Of a stretch of DNA of 64,000 nt, positions 49,691 through 59,807 are shown in pieces. Source of the stretch: Nannocystis bainbridge (lineage in GTDB: Bacteria; Myxococcota_A; Polyangia; Nannocystales; Nannocystaceae); the NCBI RefSeq assembly GCF_028368995.1, contig NZ_JAQNDL010000001.1, forward strand, positions 3,424,001 through 3,488,000. The letters run 5' to 3'. Position 1 is the stretch's first letter. Every line of letters begins with the position of its first letter. The notes under the pieces are model-generated. The model saw only the letters and a list, made by a program, of their open reading frames with translations, did no database searches and was not told the origin of the DNA. Position numbers and translations under genes: made by a program.

Positions 49691-50852
49691 TGGGGAGTTC
49701 CTTTCTTCTCTGCTCTCGGGCGCGACGTGGGAGGATTCCCCCGTCGTGCTGTGTAGGAATATTCAGCCGCCCCAGAACGTGGGCAATGTCGAGTTGTGGC
49801 CCGGCGCATACCCGACGTCCCGCCAAACTGCCGGCGACGCGGGATTGCGGCGGCGCAGACCCGCGAATTCGCGGCCGCGTCGAGCCCCGGCCGGAACGCG
49901 GCGGGAGCGGCGTCGGCGGCCGTTTGGCGGTGTTCGTGGGCAAATATCGCCGCCGCCCGCCGCGCTCCTACATTGCTCATACCGTGTCACCCCGATCCGG
50001 CAATATCGAGGCCGCCGACCCGCTCGCACAAACAGGTATCTTCATTGACTGTGCGGCGCGGTCGCGGCGGCCTGCGGAGGGCTCCGCGCACCCACGAGTG
50101 GATTCCGCCCGCCAATAGGGCCTTCTAAAGGGTGGATATGCCATTCAACCATACAAGTCGCGTCTATCATGACACCGTTGATTTACACCACTGTGGCCGG
50201 GCCGCGCGCGAGCCATCATCACACATGTCCCAAGGGACATTTCATTTTTAAAGAGAAGGGGTGCGCTCGGCGGCGCGGCCACGGCGGTACGAGGCTGTCG
50301 GCGCGACGCTCGACGCGCTCGCGGCGGCTCCGCCCACTCGTTTCACTGGCTCATGCGCGCCCGCTCTGCGCATCGGTGCAGGGCCTCGCAGCGGCTCGGA
50401 CGGACAGGCGCTCGCGTCGTTCGCCCGCGTCATCTGCCCGCGGGGTGGCTCGCCGCTCCGGCCCCGCTGGGGCCCTCGCCGACGCGCACGCTGGCTCTGG
50501 CCGCGCCTCGGCCTCGGCGCACCCGGCAACCATCCTCCGGGCACATCGCCGCCCGGCGCCGCGAGGCCGACGACCGCCTCGCGCCCACCCGCACATGCCC
50601 CTTCGTGCATGTCCGAAAGAACATGCGCACCTAGCGCGGCAGGACTCGCTCGCTCGCCGGGCTCGCCGTCCGCGAACAAGGCCGCCTGGTCGTCCGTGGC
50701 CCGGCGCCCCCGACCGTTCCTCGCTCCTCGGCCGCTTCACGGGCTCTGGCTCGCCAGGCAAATCCCTTCGATGAAACTTGGGGGCCTTCGCCCACTGGCG
50801 CGCGTCCGCCACCCCGCCCATAGTTCCGCCCGCTCCAACAAGGACGATACCG

Positions 50853-51329
50853 ATGTACGCCAGCCCGAGCCACCTGCCCCAAGAAGCACGTCAGAAGATC
50901 GCCGCTGCCCTCCAGGCGGTGCTTGACGATGGCCTCGACCTGCACAGCCAGATCAAGGTCGCCCACTGGAACATCAAGGGCATGCACTTCGCGTCGCTGC
51001 ACCCGCTGTTCGAGACCTTCGCGGTCAGCCTCGCCAACCACAACGACATCGTCGCCGAGCGCGCGGTCACCCTCGGCGCGCAGATCTTCGGCACCGCCCG
51101 CCACGTCGCCAAGAGCTCGCGCCTGCCCGAGTACCCGCAGGACACCACCCGCGACCTCGACCACGTGCGCCTGCTCGCCGAGCGCATCGAGACTTATTTG
51201 TCCGGCCTACAGGGCGCGCGCAAGATCGGCGACCAGCAGCAAGACGTCGACACCGTCGACATGCTGACGGCGATCATCAGCGAGTTCGAGAAGCACGGGT
51301 GGTTCCTCCGCGCCCACCTCGACCGCTGA
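50853..51329 (+). CDS. dps: DNA starvation/stationary-phase protection protein Dps
   Basis: K.AHWNIKG..F..LH.LFE, D.VAER and EK..WFL motifs. Confidence 0.96.
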   Translation: MYASPSHLPQEARQKIAAALQAVLDDGLDLHSQIKVAHWNIKGMHFASLHPLFETFAVSLANHNDIVAERAVTLGAQIFGTARHVAKSSRLPEYPQDTTRDLDHVRLLAERIETYLSGLQGARKIGDQQQDVDTVDMLTAIISEFEKHGWFLRAHLDR

Positions 51330-51411
51330 GCATTGCGTGACCGTCGCCGGCGCTCCCTCGCCGGCGACCAGCGACGCCGGTCCTGCGGCGTCGCTCGCCT
51401 CGGCGGCCCTG

Positions 51412-52062
51412 CTACTCGGTGCCGCCGATCTCGATGTTGTACTTCACCGTCATCGGCGGCCCGTTGTAGGTCGGGAACTGGTGATTGGCGATCGCCTTGC
51501 GCACGCACGGGACGATGCCGAACACCTGCAGGTCGGCGCCCGCGGTGACCGACACGGCGTCGGCACGACCTGTCTTTCCGACCAGGCTGATGATGAGGTC
51601 GAGGCGACCGCCCTTGAGGCTGCCGCCGCTGTAACAGGCGGCCACCGCCAGACACTCGTTGATCGCGTACTCGACCTCGCGCATGTTGGCGTTGAGCACC
51701 GGCTCGTTGAGCTGCTCGTCGCCGGCGCTCCAGTCGAGCGTGCGGGTGCGGTTGGGGTCGAACTGCGGGATCGACTTGTCGTCGACGGGGACGAATTTCT
51801 TCGGCAGATGGTTGCGATCGAGGGTGCACTCGCCCCACGAGGTGATCGGCGGCCGCATCGGCACCTCCTCCTCGATGACGGCCTGCGAGGTGCAGATGTC
51901 CTGCGAATAATCGACGACGCACGCCTTGCCGTCGCAGCGGGTCCCGCGGCCGCACATCCCGCCGCATTCGCCCGCGGGCGCCTGCGAATCGCCGTTCTTC
52001 TTGCAAGCCACCGGCGCCAGCGAGAGGCCGGCGAGACCGGCCACGATCAGGGTCGTACGCAT
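51412..52062 (-). CDS. Hypothetical lipoprotein with AgmX/PglI-C-like C-terminal domain
   Basis: Lipobox VAC, Cys module, C...G......G.....CV.......FP...YP-like pattern. Confidence 0.65.
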   Translation of the reverse strand: MRTTLIVAGLAGLSLAPVACKKNGDSQAPAGECGGMCGRGTRCDGKACVVDYSQDICTSQAVIEEEVPMRPPITSWGECTLDRNHLPKKFVPVDDKSIPQFDPNRTRTLDWSAGDEQLNEPVLNANMREVEYAINECLAVAACYSGGSLKGGRLDLIISLVGKTGRADAVSVTAGADLQVFGIVPCVRKAIANHQFPTYNGPPMTVKYNIEIGGTE

Positions 52063-52744
52063 CGCCGGGGAGCGTATCACCGTCGGCCTCGCCCGCGGTG
52101 TCGCCCGCTCCACCCGACTATTTTCGCGCCGTGGGCCGGTCTGCTCGTTGGGACAGGTCCACCGCCGCCCACACGCGGACCGCCGCATCAACCTTTAAAA
52201 ACCCGTCGGAGAGATGCGAGCTGCCCGCGCGACCGGAAGAACCCGGGGCGGGGAACCTGCGGAGATCGGCGCACGCAGGCTGGCCGGAGCTCGGAGAGAC
52301 CGGCCGACCCTTCGATCCGCGACGCGAGCCCGAGGCGAGCCCTCCCGGAGTCGCCCCATAGGCAGGCGCTCGGAGCGGTGAGCGACTGTGTTCTGAGCCT
52401 TCGCGGCCGGCGTGCTACGGCGTCCCCGGGCCGAGTCCTCGCAGAGGCGGTCGCGACGAAGTTCTCGAGCGAGTGGGGCCACGGCGCCCGGCCGTCGCAG
52501 CAAACGCGGCGCGAAAGAGGCAGCGCATCCCCGCGACCATTCGGGCCCGGTTCTCGGCGAGCGACCGCCGAGACGACCTCCTGTCAGCTTTCGCTGGCTC
52601 GCTCCGCGCCTCGCCGCGAGGAGGCGATCGTCACCGAGCGGCGCCGGCGAAAATCAGCGCGCGCGCTCGGAGTCGGAGACCGGCGGTTGTCGTACACCGC
52701 CGCATAGGCCCGACGATCGCGAGTCGCCTCGCCTCGCCTCTGGC

Positions 52745-53989
52745 TCAGGCCGCGCTCTGGCGCGCCACGCGGGTGCGCAGGCTGGTCGGCAGCGAGGCGA
52801 TCGCCTGCACCAACTCCTGCAGCTGCGGGTCGCTGTGGCCCAGCGGGACATCGACCAGCAGCAGGCCGATCGAGGCCACCGTCGCCAGGCTCTGGCCGGT
52901 GATGTTGACCTGCGAATCGCCGAGCACGCGGTTGATCTTCGAGAGCACGCCGGGGACGTTGCGGTGGACGTTGACGATCCGGCTGCCCGAGCGCACCGGG
53001 CCGGCGTCGAGCAGCGGCATGGTGACGCCGCCGAGGGTGGCGCCGTTGTCGAGGAAATGCGACAGCGAGACCGCGACCTCGCGGCCGATGCTGGCCTGCG
53101 CCTCCTCGGTCGAGCCGCCGATGTGGGGCGTCAAGATCACGCTGTCGAGGCCGCGCAGCGGGCTGTCGAACACGTCGCCGGCGCGCGACGGCTCGCTGGG
53201 GAACACGTCGATCGCCGCGCCGCCGAGGTGGCCGGCGACCAGGGCGTCGCGCAGCGCGTCGATGTCGACCACGCCGCCGCGCGAGGCGTTGATGAGCGCC
53301 GCGCCGCGCCGCATCGCCGCGATCTCGTCCGTGCCGATCATGCCGCGCGTGTGCTCGGTGTCGGGCACGTGCAGGCTGACGAAATCGCTGAGCGACAGCA
53401 GCTCCATCAGGTTGACGCACGGCTGGGCGTTGCCGAGCGGCAACTTCGAGAGGATGTCGTGGTAGCGGACCTTCATGCCCAGCGACTCGGCGAGCACGCT
53501 GAGCTGGCTGCCGATGTGGCCGTAACCGACGATCCCGAGCGTCTTGCCGCGGACCTCGTGGCTGCCGTCGGCGCTCTTGTGCCACAGCCCGCGGTGACAG
53601 GCCGCGCTGCGGGCGAAGGTCTGGCGCGCCAGCATGATCACCTCGCCGAGCACCAGCTCGGCGACCGAGCGGGTGTTGCTGAACGGCGCGTTGAACACCG
53701 CGACCCCGCCGGCCTGCGCAGCCGCCAGATCGATCTGGTCGGTGCCGATACAAAAAGCGCCGACCGCCTCGAGCCGCGGCACCGCCGCGAACACCTGCGC
53801 AGGCACCCGCGTCTTGCTGCGAATGCCCAGGATCAGCGGGCCGTCCTGCGGCATCGCCTGCAACGCCTCGATCAACTGCGCCTCGCCGAGCGCCCCGGGC
53901 ACCGGATGGACGACGACGCCGCGCCGGGCGAACTCCTCGTGCGCGGTGGTGTGGATGTTCTCGAGCAGCAGGGCGTGCGGGCTGTTCAC
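52745..53989 (-). CDS. serA: D-3-phosphoglycerate dehydrogenase with ACT domain
   Basis: LLLENIH, GIRSKT, FCIGT.Q, NAPFSNTRSVAE, GYGHIG, TPHIGGST.EAQ and H.N.PG motifs. Confidence 0.97.
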   Translation of the reverse strand: MNSPHALLLENIHTTAHEEFARRGVVVHPVPGALGEAQLIEALQAMPQDGPLILGIRSKTRVPAQVFAAVPRLEAVGAFCIGTDQIDLAAAQAGGVAVFNAPFSNTRSVAELVLGEVIMLARQTFARSAACHRGLWHKSADGSHEVRGKTLGIVGYGHIGSQLSVLAESLGMKVRYHDILSKLPLGNAQPCVNLMELLSLSDFVSLHVPDTEHTRGMIGTDEIAAMRRGAALINASRGGVVDIDALRDALVAGHLGGAAIDVFPSEPSRAGDVFDSPLRGLDSVILTPHIGGSTEEAQASIGREVAVSLSHFLDNGATLGGVTMPLLDAGPVRSGSRIVNVHRNVPGVLSKINRVLGDSQVNITGQSLATVASIGLLLVDVPLGHSDPQLQELVQAIASLPTSLRTRVARQSAA

Positions 53990-54119
53990 GGCGCGCACGA
54001 TGCCCGAGCCCCGCGGAGGTCGCAACTCGCCGCCCACGGGCCGCTGGAGGCCCGAAAACGGCCGCGCGAGCCGATCGGCGAGCGGCGACGCGAGGGCCGA
54101 CGCGGCGCCGCGAGCGAAG

Positions 54120-54435
54120 CGCATCGAGGATGCGTGCGATCCCCGGCAGCTCGCGCGGGTGATGCAGGGCCGCGGCGCGTCGAGCATGCGTGCTCTCCCC
54201 GGCACCTCCGGCGGCTCGTGCGGATGATGTTCGGCCGCGGCGCGTCGAGCATGCGTGCTCTCCCCGGCACATCCGGCGGCTCGTGCGGGTGATGCAGGGC
54301 CGCGGCGCGTCGAGCATGCGTGCGATCCCCGGCACCTCCGGCGGCTCGTGCGGATGATGTTCGGCCGCGGCGCGTCGAGCATGCGTGCTCTCCCCGGCAC
54401 CTCCGGCGGCTCGTGCGGGTGATGCACGGCCGCGA
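54120..54435. repeat. 65-bp tandem repeat, about 4.5 copies, alternating A/B variants
   Basis: GAGCATGCGTG at 54182, 54247, 54312, 54377. Confidence 0.9.
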
Positions 54436-54711
54436 GTCATCGAGGCGGTCTGAAAAGATGAAAGCGTCACGCCCCTCGCGGTGCTCCTCCGGTGCCGTCG
54501 GGCGATCGGCGGTGAGGCTCGGCGCGTGGTTCGAGGCGATCCGCGTCGCTCTGCGCCGATGCGACGATCCTCGTGCGCTCGCGGAGCCGTCGGCCCTTTG
54601 CAGCGCTCGCGTCACGCTGCGGGACGCGATCTCCACCGGCGCAAACTCGCGGACCGGCGCCGCGGGGCGGCCTGGCGTCGCGCGCACGTCTTTGCTAGGC
54701 CTGTCGGCCTG

Positions 54712-56187
54712 TTGTTCGACAAAGGCAAGCTTCACCGGCTGCAGCGCGCGCTCAAGCCTCATCTCGCCCACGGCTGGGAGCGGGCGGTGTTCGCCGCGCC
54801 GCAGGGCGAAGGCGGGGCGGAGCGGGCGGAGCGAGTGCTGGCCGGGCCGGGCATCGGCGTCGCGCCGAGCGCCGCGCAGGTCGACGCGCTGCTCGCCGCG
54901 GCTGGCGAGGCGGCGGGCGCCGGCTTGTGGAAGCAGACCCTCGTGCTCGACGCGCGCCGGCGGGTGCAGGTCGACGCGCGCCACGGCCGGGCCACCACCC
55001 GCACGCTCGACGAGGACACCGCGCTGAAGGTCATGGGCGGCAAGGAGCGCGCGCTGCGGCCCGACACCAGCGCGGCGCTGCTGCGGGAGATCGGGATCAT
55101 GAACGCCGACGGCAGCATCTCGGCGACGCATGCCCGCAAGTACAAGCAGATCTGCCACCTGGCGACGCTGTGCGAGCCGGTGATCGATCGCCTGGCGACG
55201 ACGCGAGCGATCGGGCCGCAGACGCCCCTGCGCGCGCTCGACCTCGCGTGCGGCAACGCGTACCTGAGCTTCGTGCTCGCCGAGGTGCTGCGCCTGCGCG
55301 GCGTGCCGCTGCGCCTGCACGGGGTCGATGTGCGCGCCGATCTGGTCGACCGCAGCCGGGCCCGCGCCCAGGCGCTCGGGCTCGCGAATGGCGATCCCTC
55401 GCCGGCCGACGGCGCGGCGCCGCCTTCGCCCGTTGAGGCTCGGCCTTCGCCCGGTGATGCTCGGCCGTCGCCCGGTGATGCTGGGCCGTCGCCCGATGAT
55501 GCTCGGCCTTCGCCCGATGATGCTCGGCCGTCGCCCGGTGATGCTGGGCCTTCGTCGGTTGAGGCTCGGCCGTCGCCCGGTGATGCTCGGCCGTCGCCCG
55601 GTGATGCTCGGCCGTCGCCCGGTGATGCTCGGCCTTCGCCGGTTGATGCTCGGCTCGTCGGTCTGTCGTTCGCGCGGGCCGACATCGCCGGCGCGGCGCG
55701 CACGGCTCCGGCGCAGCTCGGCGGGGTGCCGGATCTGGTGCTCGCCTTGCATGCCTGCGACACCGCCACCGACGAGGCGATCGCGCTGGCGATCCAGCTC
55801 GGCGCGCCGGCGCTGCTCAGCGTGCCGTGCTGTCAGGCCGAGCTCGCGGCGCAGCTGGCCCGCGCGGCCGCCTCGGCGCAGCCGCTGGCGGCGATGGTCG
55901 ACCACGGCCTGCTGCGGCGGGCCTACGCGGATGTCTTGACCGATAGCCTGCGCGTCGCCGCGCTCGAGGCGTGCGGCTACGAGGTGACGGTGCTCGAGTT
56001 CGTCGGCGGCGAGCACACGCCGAAGAACCTGCTGATCAAGGCCCACCGCCGGCACCCCCGCGCCCCGGTCGAGCCGCGGCGGTGGCGGCTGGAGCCGCTG
56101 CAGGCCCGATGCGAGGCGCTCGGCGTGCAGCCCGACCTGCTGCGGCGGCTCTCGGCGCTGCAGGCGAGCTCTTCGCCTGACGCTTGA
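54712..56187 (+). CDS. SAM-dependent methyltransferase (Methyltransf_32-like) with repeat insertion
   Basis: KYKQI, LDLACGNAYLSF, LHACDTATD, VPCC and EHTPKN motifs. Start uncertain. Confidence 0.88.
   Translation: MFDKGKLHRLQRALKPHLAHGWERAVFAAPQGEGGAERAERVLAGPGIGVAPSAAQVDALLAAAGEAAGAGLWKQTLVLDARRRVQVDARHGRATTRTLDEDTALKVMGGKERALRPDTSAALLREIGIMNADGSISATHARKYKQICHLATLCEPVIDRLATTRAIGPQTPLRALDLACGNAYLSFVLAEVLRLRGVPLRLHGVDVRADLVDRSRARAQALGLANGDPSPADGAAPPSPVEARPSPGDARPSPGDAGPSPDDARPSPDDARPSPGDAGPSSVEARPSPGDARPSPGDARPSPGDARPSPVDARLVGLSFARADIAGAARTAPAQLGGVPDLVLALHACDTATDEAIALAIQLGAPALLSVPCCQAELAAQLARAAASAQPLAAMVDHGLLRRAYADVLTDSLRVAALEACGYEVTVLEFVGGEHTPKNLLIKAHRRHPRAPVEPRRWRLEPLQARCEALGVQPDLLRRLSALQASSSPDA
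55420..55652 (+). repeat. In-frame 21-bp tandem repeat encoding ARPSPGD, about 11 copies
   Basis: GCTCGGCC(G/T)TCGCCCGGTGAT units. Confidence 0.92.
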
Positions 56188-56703
56188 ATTTTCGACCAGC
56201 GGTCGAAAACTGGAGCGGCAGCTCGGCCCGGAGTGCTGGCGCAGACGGCGGTCTCGCGCCCATTTTGCCGCCAATCGACGCCATGGCGACTCCTGAGAGC
56301 CTTTCGCCGGGCGCATGCCTTCAAAACGGCTTGCTGAACCGCGAAAAGGTCATTCTGGACGTCGAGCCGTCGCCAAATGGCTCTCTGATGAGCGGAACAG
56401 CCTTTCCGCGGAACTCGTCCGAGCCTGAGCCCAACTGCGCGCTATCGCCCGGAATGACGAGCGATCCGCCAGGCAGAATGGCCATGCAACGATCGAGATC
56501 GCGCCTGTGAAACTGCGGATAAAGCGCTTTCAGCGTAGATCACAGAATTCAGATTATTTTCGACCTTCGGTCTGAAAATCGTTTTTTAGTCGATTTGCCG
56601 ATCTCCCAATTAACAAAATGGGTTTTACCCGCGCCATCCCAGAAGTTGCCTGTCAAAGGGCGTTTTCGAGCACACGGGCTGGCACGAGCCAGGCGGCACC
56701 GGG

Positions 56704-56967
56704 ATGCGAAGGACAGCGGGTGCGGGATTTCCGCTTGCCACAGCACCCGTACCTGTCGACCGAAACCACCACCTGAGCCCGTACTCGCCGGCCGGCACCG
56801 AGGCCGGAGCCCCGCCGCCGCTTATTGACCCCCGCGACCACGGCTTCGAGGACTGGACGCTCAACTCCACCGAGGGGCCCACGCGGACGACCCGCCTGTC
56901 GTCCTCCGCGAGCCCTCCTCGCCTCCCCTCCCCAGTTCCCTGGAAGGACCGGCTCAAGGACGGCTGA
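56704..56967 (+). CDS. Possible small hypothetical protein
   Basis: Third codon positions are GC-rich in the 3' half; an AT-rich promoter-like region lies upstream. Confidence 0.3.
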   Translation: MRRTAGAGFPLATAPVPVDRNHHLSPYSPAGTEAGAPPPLIDPRDHGFEDWTLNSTEGPTRTTRLSSSASPPRLPSPVPWKDRLKDG

Positions 56968-57098
56968 CGCACCACGCCTCGGGGCGACCCCAGCGCGACC
57001 GACGATCGGACCACCCCGTCGCCGCCTGCTCGCGGAATCGGAACTCTCACTGGGTCCCACCGACCGGAGGCCCCCTCTGCCCTTTCGGACAGCCGGCC

Positions 57099-58064
57099 TC
57101 AGCTCGGCCGCTGGGCCAGCAGCACTTCGGACAGCGGCCGGCGCGGCGTCGGCGGCGTGTCGGCGCCGCCGCCGAGGCGGACCAGCGCTTGCGCGCGGCC
57201 GGTCGCTCCGACCAGGCTCGCCAGCTGCTTGCGGCCGGCGGCGTCGGCCAGCGGCAGGTGCAGGAAGCTGCCCCAGGCGTGGTCGACCCGGGCGCGCAGC
57301 AGCACGCGCATCAGCGCCTGGCCGGCGCGCAGCCACTCGGCCGGCTCGTCGCCCTCGGTGGTCACGAGCACGAACGCCGGCGACCCGTCGGCGATCGCCT
57401 GCCCGCGGGCCTCGCCGCCGTCGGGGCCCTCGAAGCTGACCCCGGGCTCCCCGGCCGCGGCGCGAGCGGCCGTCCGGGCGCTCGGCTCGCCGGCGATGGC
57501 CGCCTCGACGGCCGCCGCGATGGCTTGCCTTCGGGCCATGTCCTCCACCACATGGTACTCGGCACCTGTCCCATCGACCATGTGCTTGAGCCGCCGCGCC
57601 AGCGCCCGCGACAGCGGCCCCTGGGCCATCACCCCGCGGTAGGTGCGGCGCTTGGGCGCGGCCTGATACAGCCACTGCTCCTCGGGCAGCGGGCTCGCGC
57701 GGCCGCCCACCGCCACGCGCGCCAGCAGGTCGGGGTGGCCGCCGGGCAGCAGCGCCGTCTGCTCGTCGAGGCCGAGCGCGCGCAGGGTCACCCGCAGGCC
57801 CGCCAGCGCCGCGCCGCAGGCCAGCGCCGCCGCTTGACCCTCGGGGTCGGCCTCGCCCCCGGCGCGCGCCGGATCGGCGTACAGCTCGATCACCTCGCCG
57901 CCGACGAACCACCGCCACGGCTGGGCGTTGCCGGGCGACGGGGCCGTCAGCGCGGTGTGCAGCGCCAGCTCGATGCGCGCGCGCGGGCCCGCTTCGGGCG
58001 CCAGGGCCGAGCCGGCCAGCGTCCACGGGTCGGCGTCGCGCGCCAGGTCCGGCGCCTGGATCAC
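57099..58064 (-). CDS. Acg-like nitroreductase-fold protein
   Basis: APS..NAQPW, DP.G...LACGAAL, RRT.R and WLRAGQAL.RVLL motifs; GTGA overlap with upstream gene. Confidence 0.85.
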   Translation of the reverse strand: MIQAPDLARDADPWTLAGSALAPEAGPRARIELALHTALTAPSPGNAQPWRWFVGGEVIELYADPARAGGEADPEGQAAALACGAALAGLRVTLRALGLDEQTALLPGGHPDLLARVAVGGRASPLPEEQWLYQAAPKRRTYRGVMAQGPLSRALARRLKHMVDGTGAEYHVVEDMARRQAIAAAVEAAIAGEPSARTAARAAAGEPGVSFEGPDGGEARGQAIADGSPAFVLVTTEGDEPAEWLRAGQALMRVLLRARVDHAWGSFLHLPLADAAGRKQLASLVGATGRAQALVRLGGGADTPPTPRRPLSEVLLAQRPS

Positions 58065-59794
58065 CCGCCCTCCGCTTCGGTGCGCAGCCGGGCGATCTCG
58101 GCGGTGAAGATCCGGCGCACGATCGCCGCGGCGCACGCTGAAGTGGCCTCGACCCCGAAGTACGACAAGCTCTTCGAAAGCAAGCTCTGGCGCCGCGAGT
58201 ACGGCGTATCCGACGCGTAGTGCAGCACCCCGACGTCGAAGCCCACCGAGTTGGTGAGGTGCACGATCTCGTCGTTCGGATGGCGCTGCGGGTTGCACAG
58301 CTCGTACACCGCCGACAGGTACGGCCCGGCCTCCATCTCGAGCACCGTGTAGCCCTCGCGGTAGAACACGCTCATGTACTCGCGGTTCTGCAAGAAGGCG
58401 CCGCGCACCGTGAGCGCCTTTTGATTGTCGAGCACCGTGCCGACGCGGATGTAGGGCTGGACGTCGGCGGCGACGAAGGCGTTGCGGAACAGGTAGGTGT
58501 TGCGCGAGTGCTCGTCCTGGACCACCGACGAGATCATCACGTCGCCGACGCGGCCGTTGAGGGTGGCCGCCTTGCCCATGACGTAGACCCCGCGGATCTC
58601 GTTGGAGCCCTGGCCGGCGCGCGACAGGTGGTGATAGGCCGCCATGCCGAGCGGGTAATCGATGTTGATGATCACCGCGTCGCTGCGGGCCAGCAGGTGG
58701 AGGTCGTCGACGCGCAGGCGCGGGTCGAGGCGCTCGGGGCGGATCTGCGCGAGGTCGAAGATCTGGGCGTTGACGTCGATCTTGCCGGGCACGTCGATCG
58801 AGGTGATGCCGCCGTCGGCCTCGAACTGCTGGACCTCGGCCAGCCGCGCCGAGTCCTCGTGGAGGAACGCGCGCAGCAGGTAGTAGCTGAGGTTGTTGAC
58901 CTCGGCCTCGTCGCCGCTGTCGAGCGCGCGGGCGAAGTGCCGCGCCAGGTCCTCCGGGTTGCGGCGGCGGGCGAAGTCGAGGATCGCCTCGCGGTGCTGG
59001 CGGGCGTAGCCGCCGACCAGGTTGAGCAGCGAGTGCGTGTTGGACGAGACGAAGTAGATCGGCGGGCGCCGCGGCTTGCGCTCGCGGACCAGGCTCGGCT
59101 CGATGCCCGACCACCAGCGCTGGACCGAGCGCTGGTACTGCGAATACGAGCCCGTCAGCACCCGCATCGAAAGGTCGCACGGCACCTGGGCGATCGCCTG
59201 CAGCGCGGCGAACCAGCCGGTGTCGAGCGCGGCGATCAGCGTGCGCACGCCGTCGGCGTCGAGGCCGAGCAGGCGCGCGAGCTCGGCGTGGTCGACCTCG
59301 GCCGCCGTGAGCGCATCGTCCTCGCGCAGGCGCCGGCCCAGCTCCGCGTTGGCGAGCAGGCTGTGCATCTGGTTCCACACGATCTGGTAGGTCGTGACGA
59401 TCGGGACCAGGTCGTCGATGTCGCTGGTGCTCGAGATGAACGCGCACAGCGTCTTGTTGCCGTCGAAGCGCAGCGGCCGGCGGCGCCCGCGGGTCTGGAC
59501 CCGCTGCCACGCGCTGACTTCGAAGCCGTTGGCCTCGAAGGTCTCGTGCGACTGGCCGAGCACGAGCTTCTGCACCTGCGGCATGCAGGCCGGCAGGCGC
59601 GCCGCGCTGTAGGCGAACGCGGCGACGTCGGGCACGCCCGTGCGCGCGCCCGGGTGCAGGCTCGAGTCGCTGAACGCGTGCGCCTCTTCGAACGCGCGCA
59701 CCCACACCTCGCCGGAGCTGCGCAGCAGCGAGTAGTAAGTGCGGATGTAGAGGTCGATCTCGTCGCTGGTGGTGCGGGGCCGCTGGCGGTCCAT
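58061..59794 (-). CDS. Conserved hypothetical protein with C-terminal nucleoside-phosphorylase-like fold
   Basis: MGKAA.L.G.VGDVMI, LEMEAG and YASD.P motifs. Confidence 0.75.
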   Translation of the reverse strand: MDRQRPRTTSDEIDLYIRTYYSLLRSSGEVWVRAFEEAHAFSDSSLHPGARTGVPDVAAFAYSAARLPACMPQVQKLVLGQSHETFEANGFEVSAWQRVQTRGRRRPLRFDGNKTLCAFISSTSDIDDLVPIVTTYQIVWNQMHSLLANAELGRRLREDDALTAAEVDHAELARLLGLDADGVRTLIAALDTGWFAALQAIAQVPCDLSMRVLTGSYSQYQRSVQRWWSGIEPSLVRERKPRRPPIYFVSSNTHSLLNLVGGYARQHREAILDFARRRNPEDLARHFARALDSGDEAEVNNLSYYLLRAFLHEDSARLAEVQQFEADGGITSIDVPGKIDVNAQIFDLAQIRPERLDPRLRVDDLHLLARSDAVIINIDYPLGMAAYHHLSRAGQGSNEIRGVYVMGKAATLNGRVGDVMISSVVQDEHSRNTYLFRNAFVAADVQPYIRVGTVLDNQKALTVRGAFLQNREYMSVFYREGYTVLEMEAGPYLSAVYELCNPQRHPNDEIVHLTNSVGFDVGVLHYASDTPYSRRQSLLSKSLSYFGVEATSACAAAIVRRIFTAEIARLRTEAEGG

Positions 59795-59807
59795 GGCTCG
59801 AACGTCC

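Noticed and set aside
52063-52744. Possible gene or mobile element between the lipoprotein and serA
   Set aside because: No credible ORF, terminal inverted repeats or transposase motif seen.
53990-54427. N-terminal extension of serA in the ORF track
   Set aside because: It is a translation of the 65-bp repeat; SerA similarity begins at the GTG at 53989.
54120-54435. Possible CRISPR array
   Set aside because: Contiguous tandem units with no unique spacers and no cas genes nearby.
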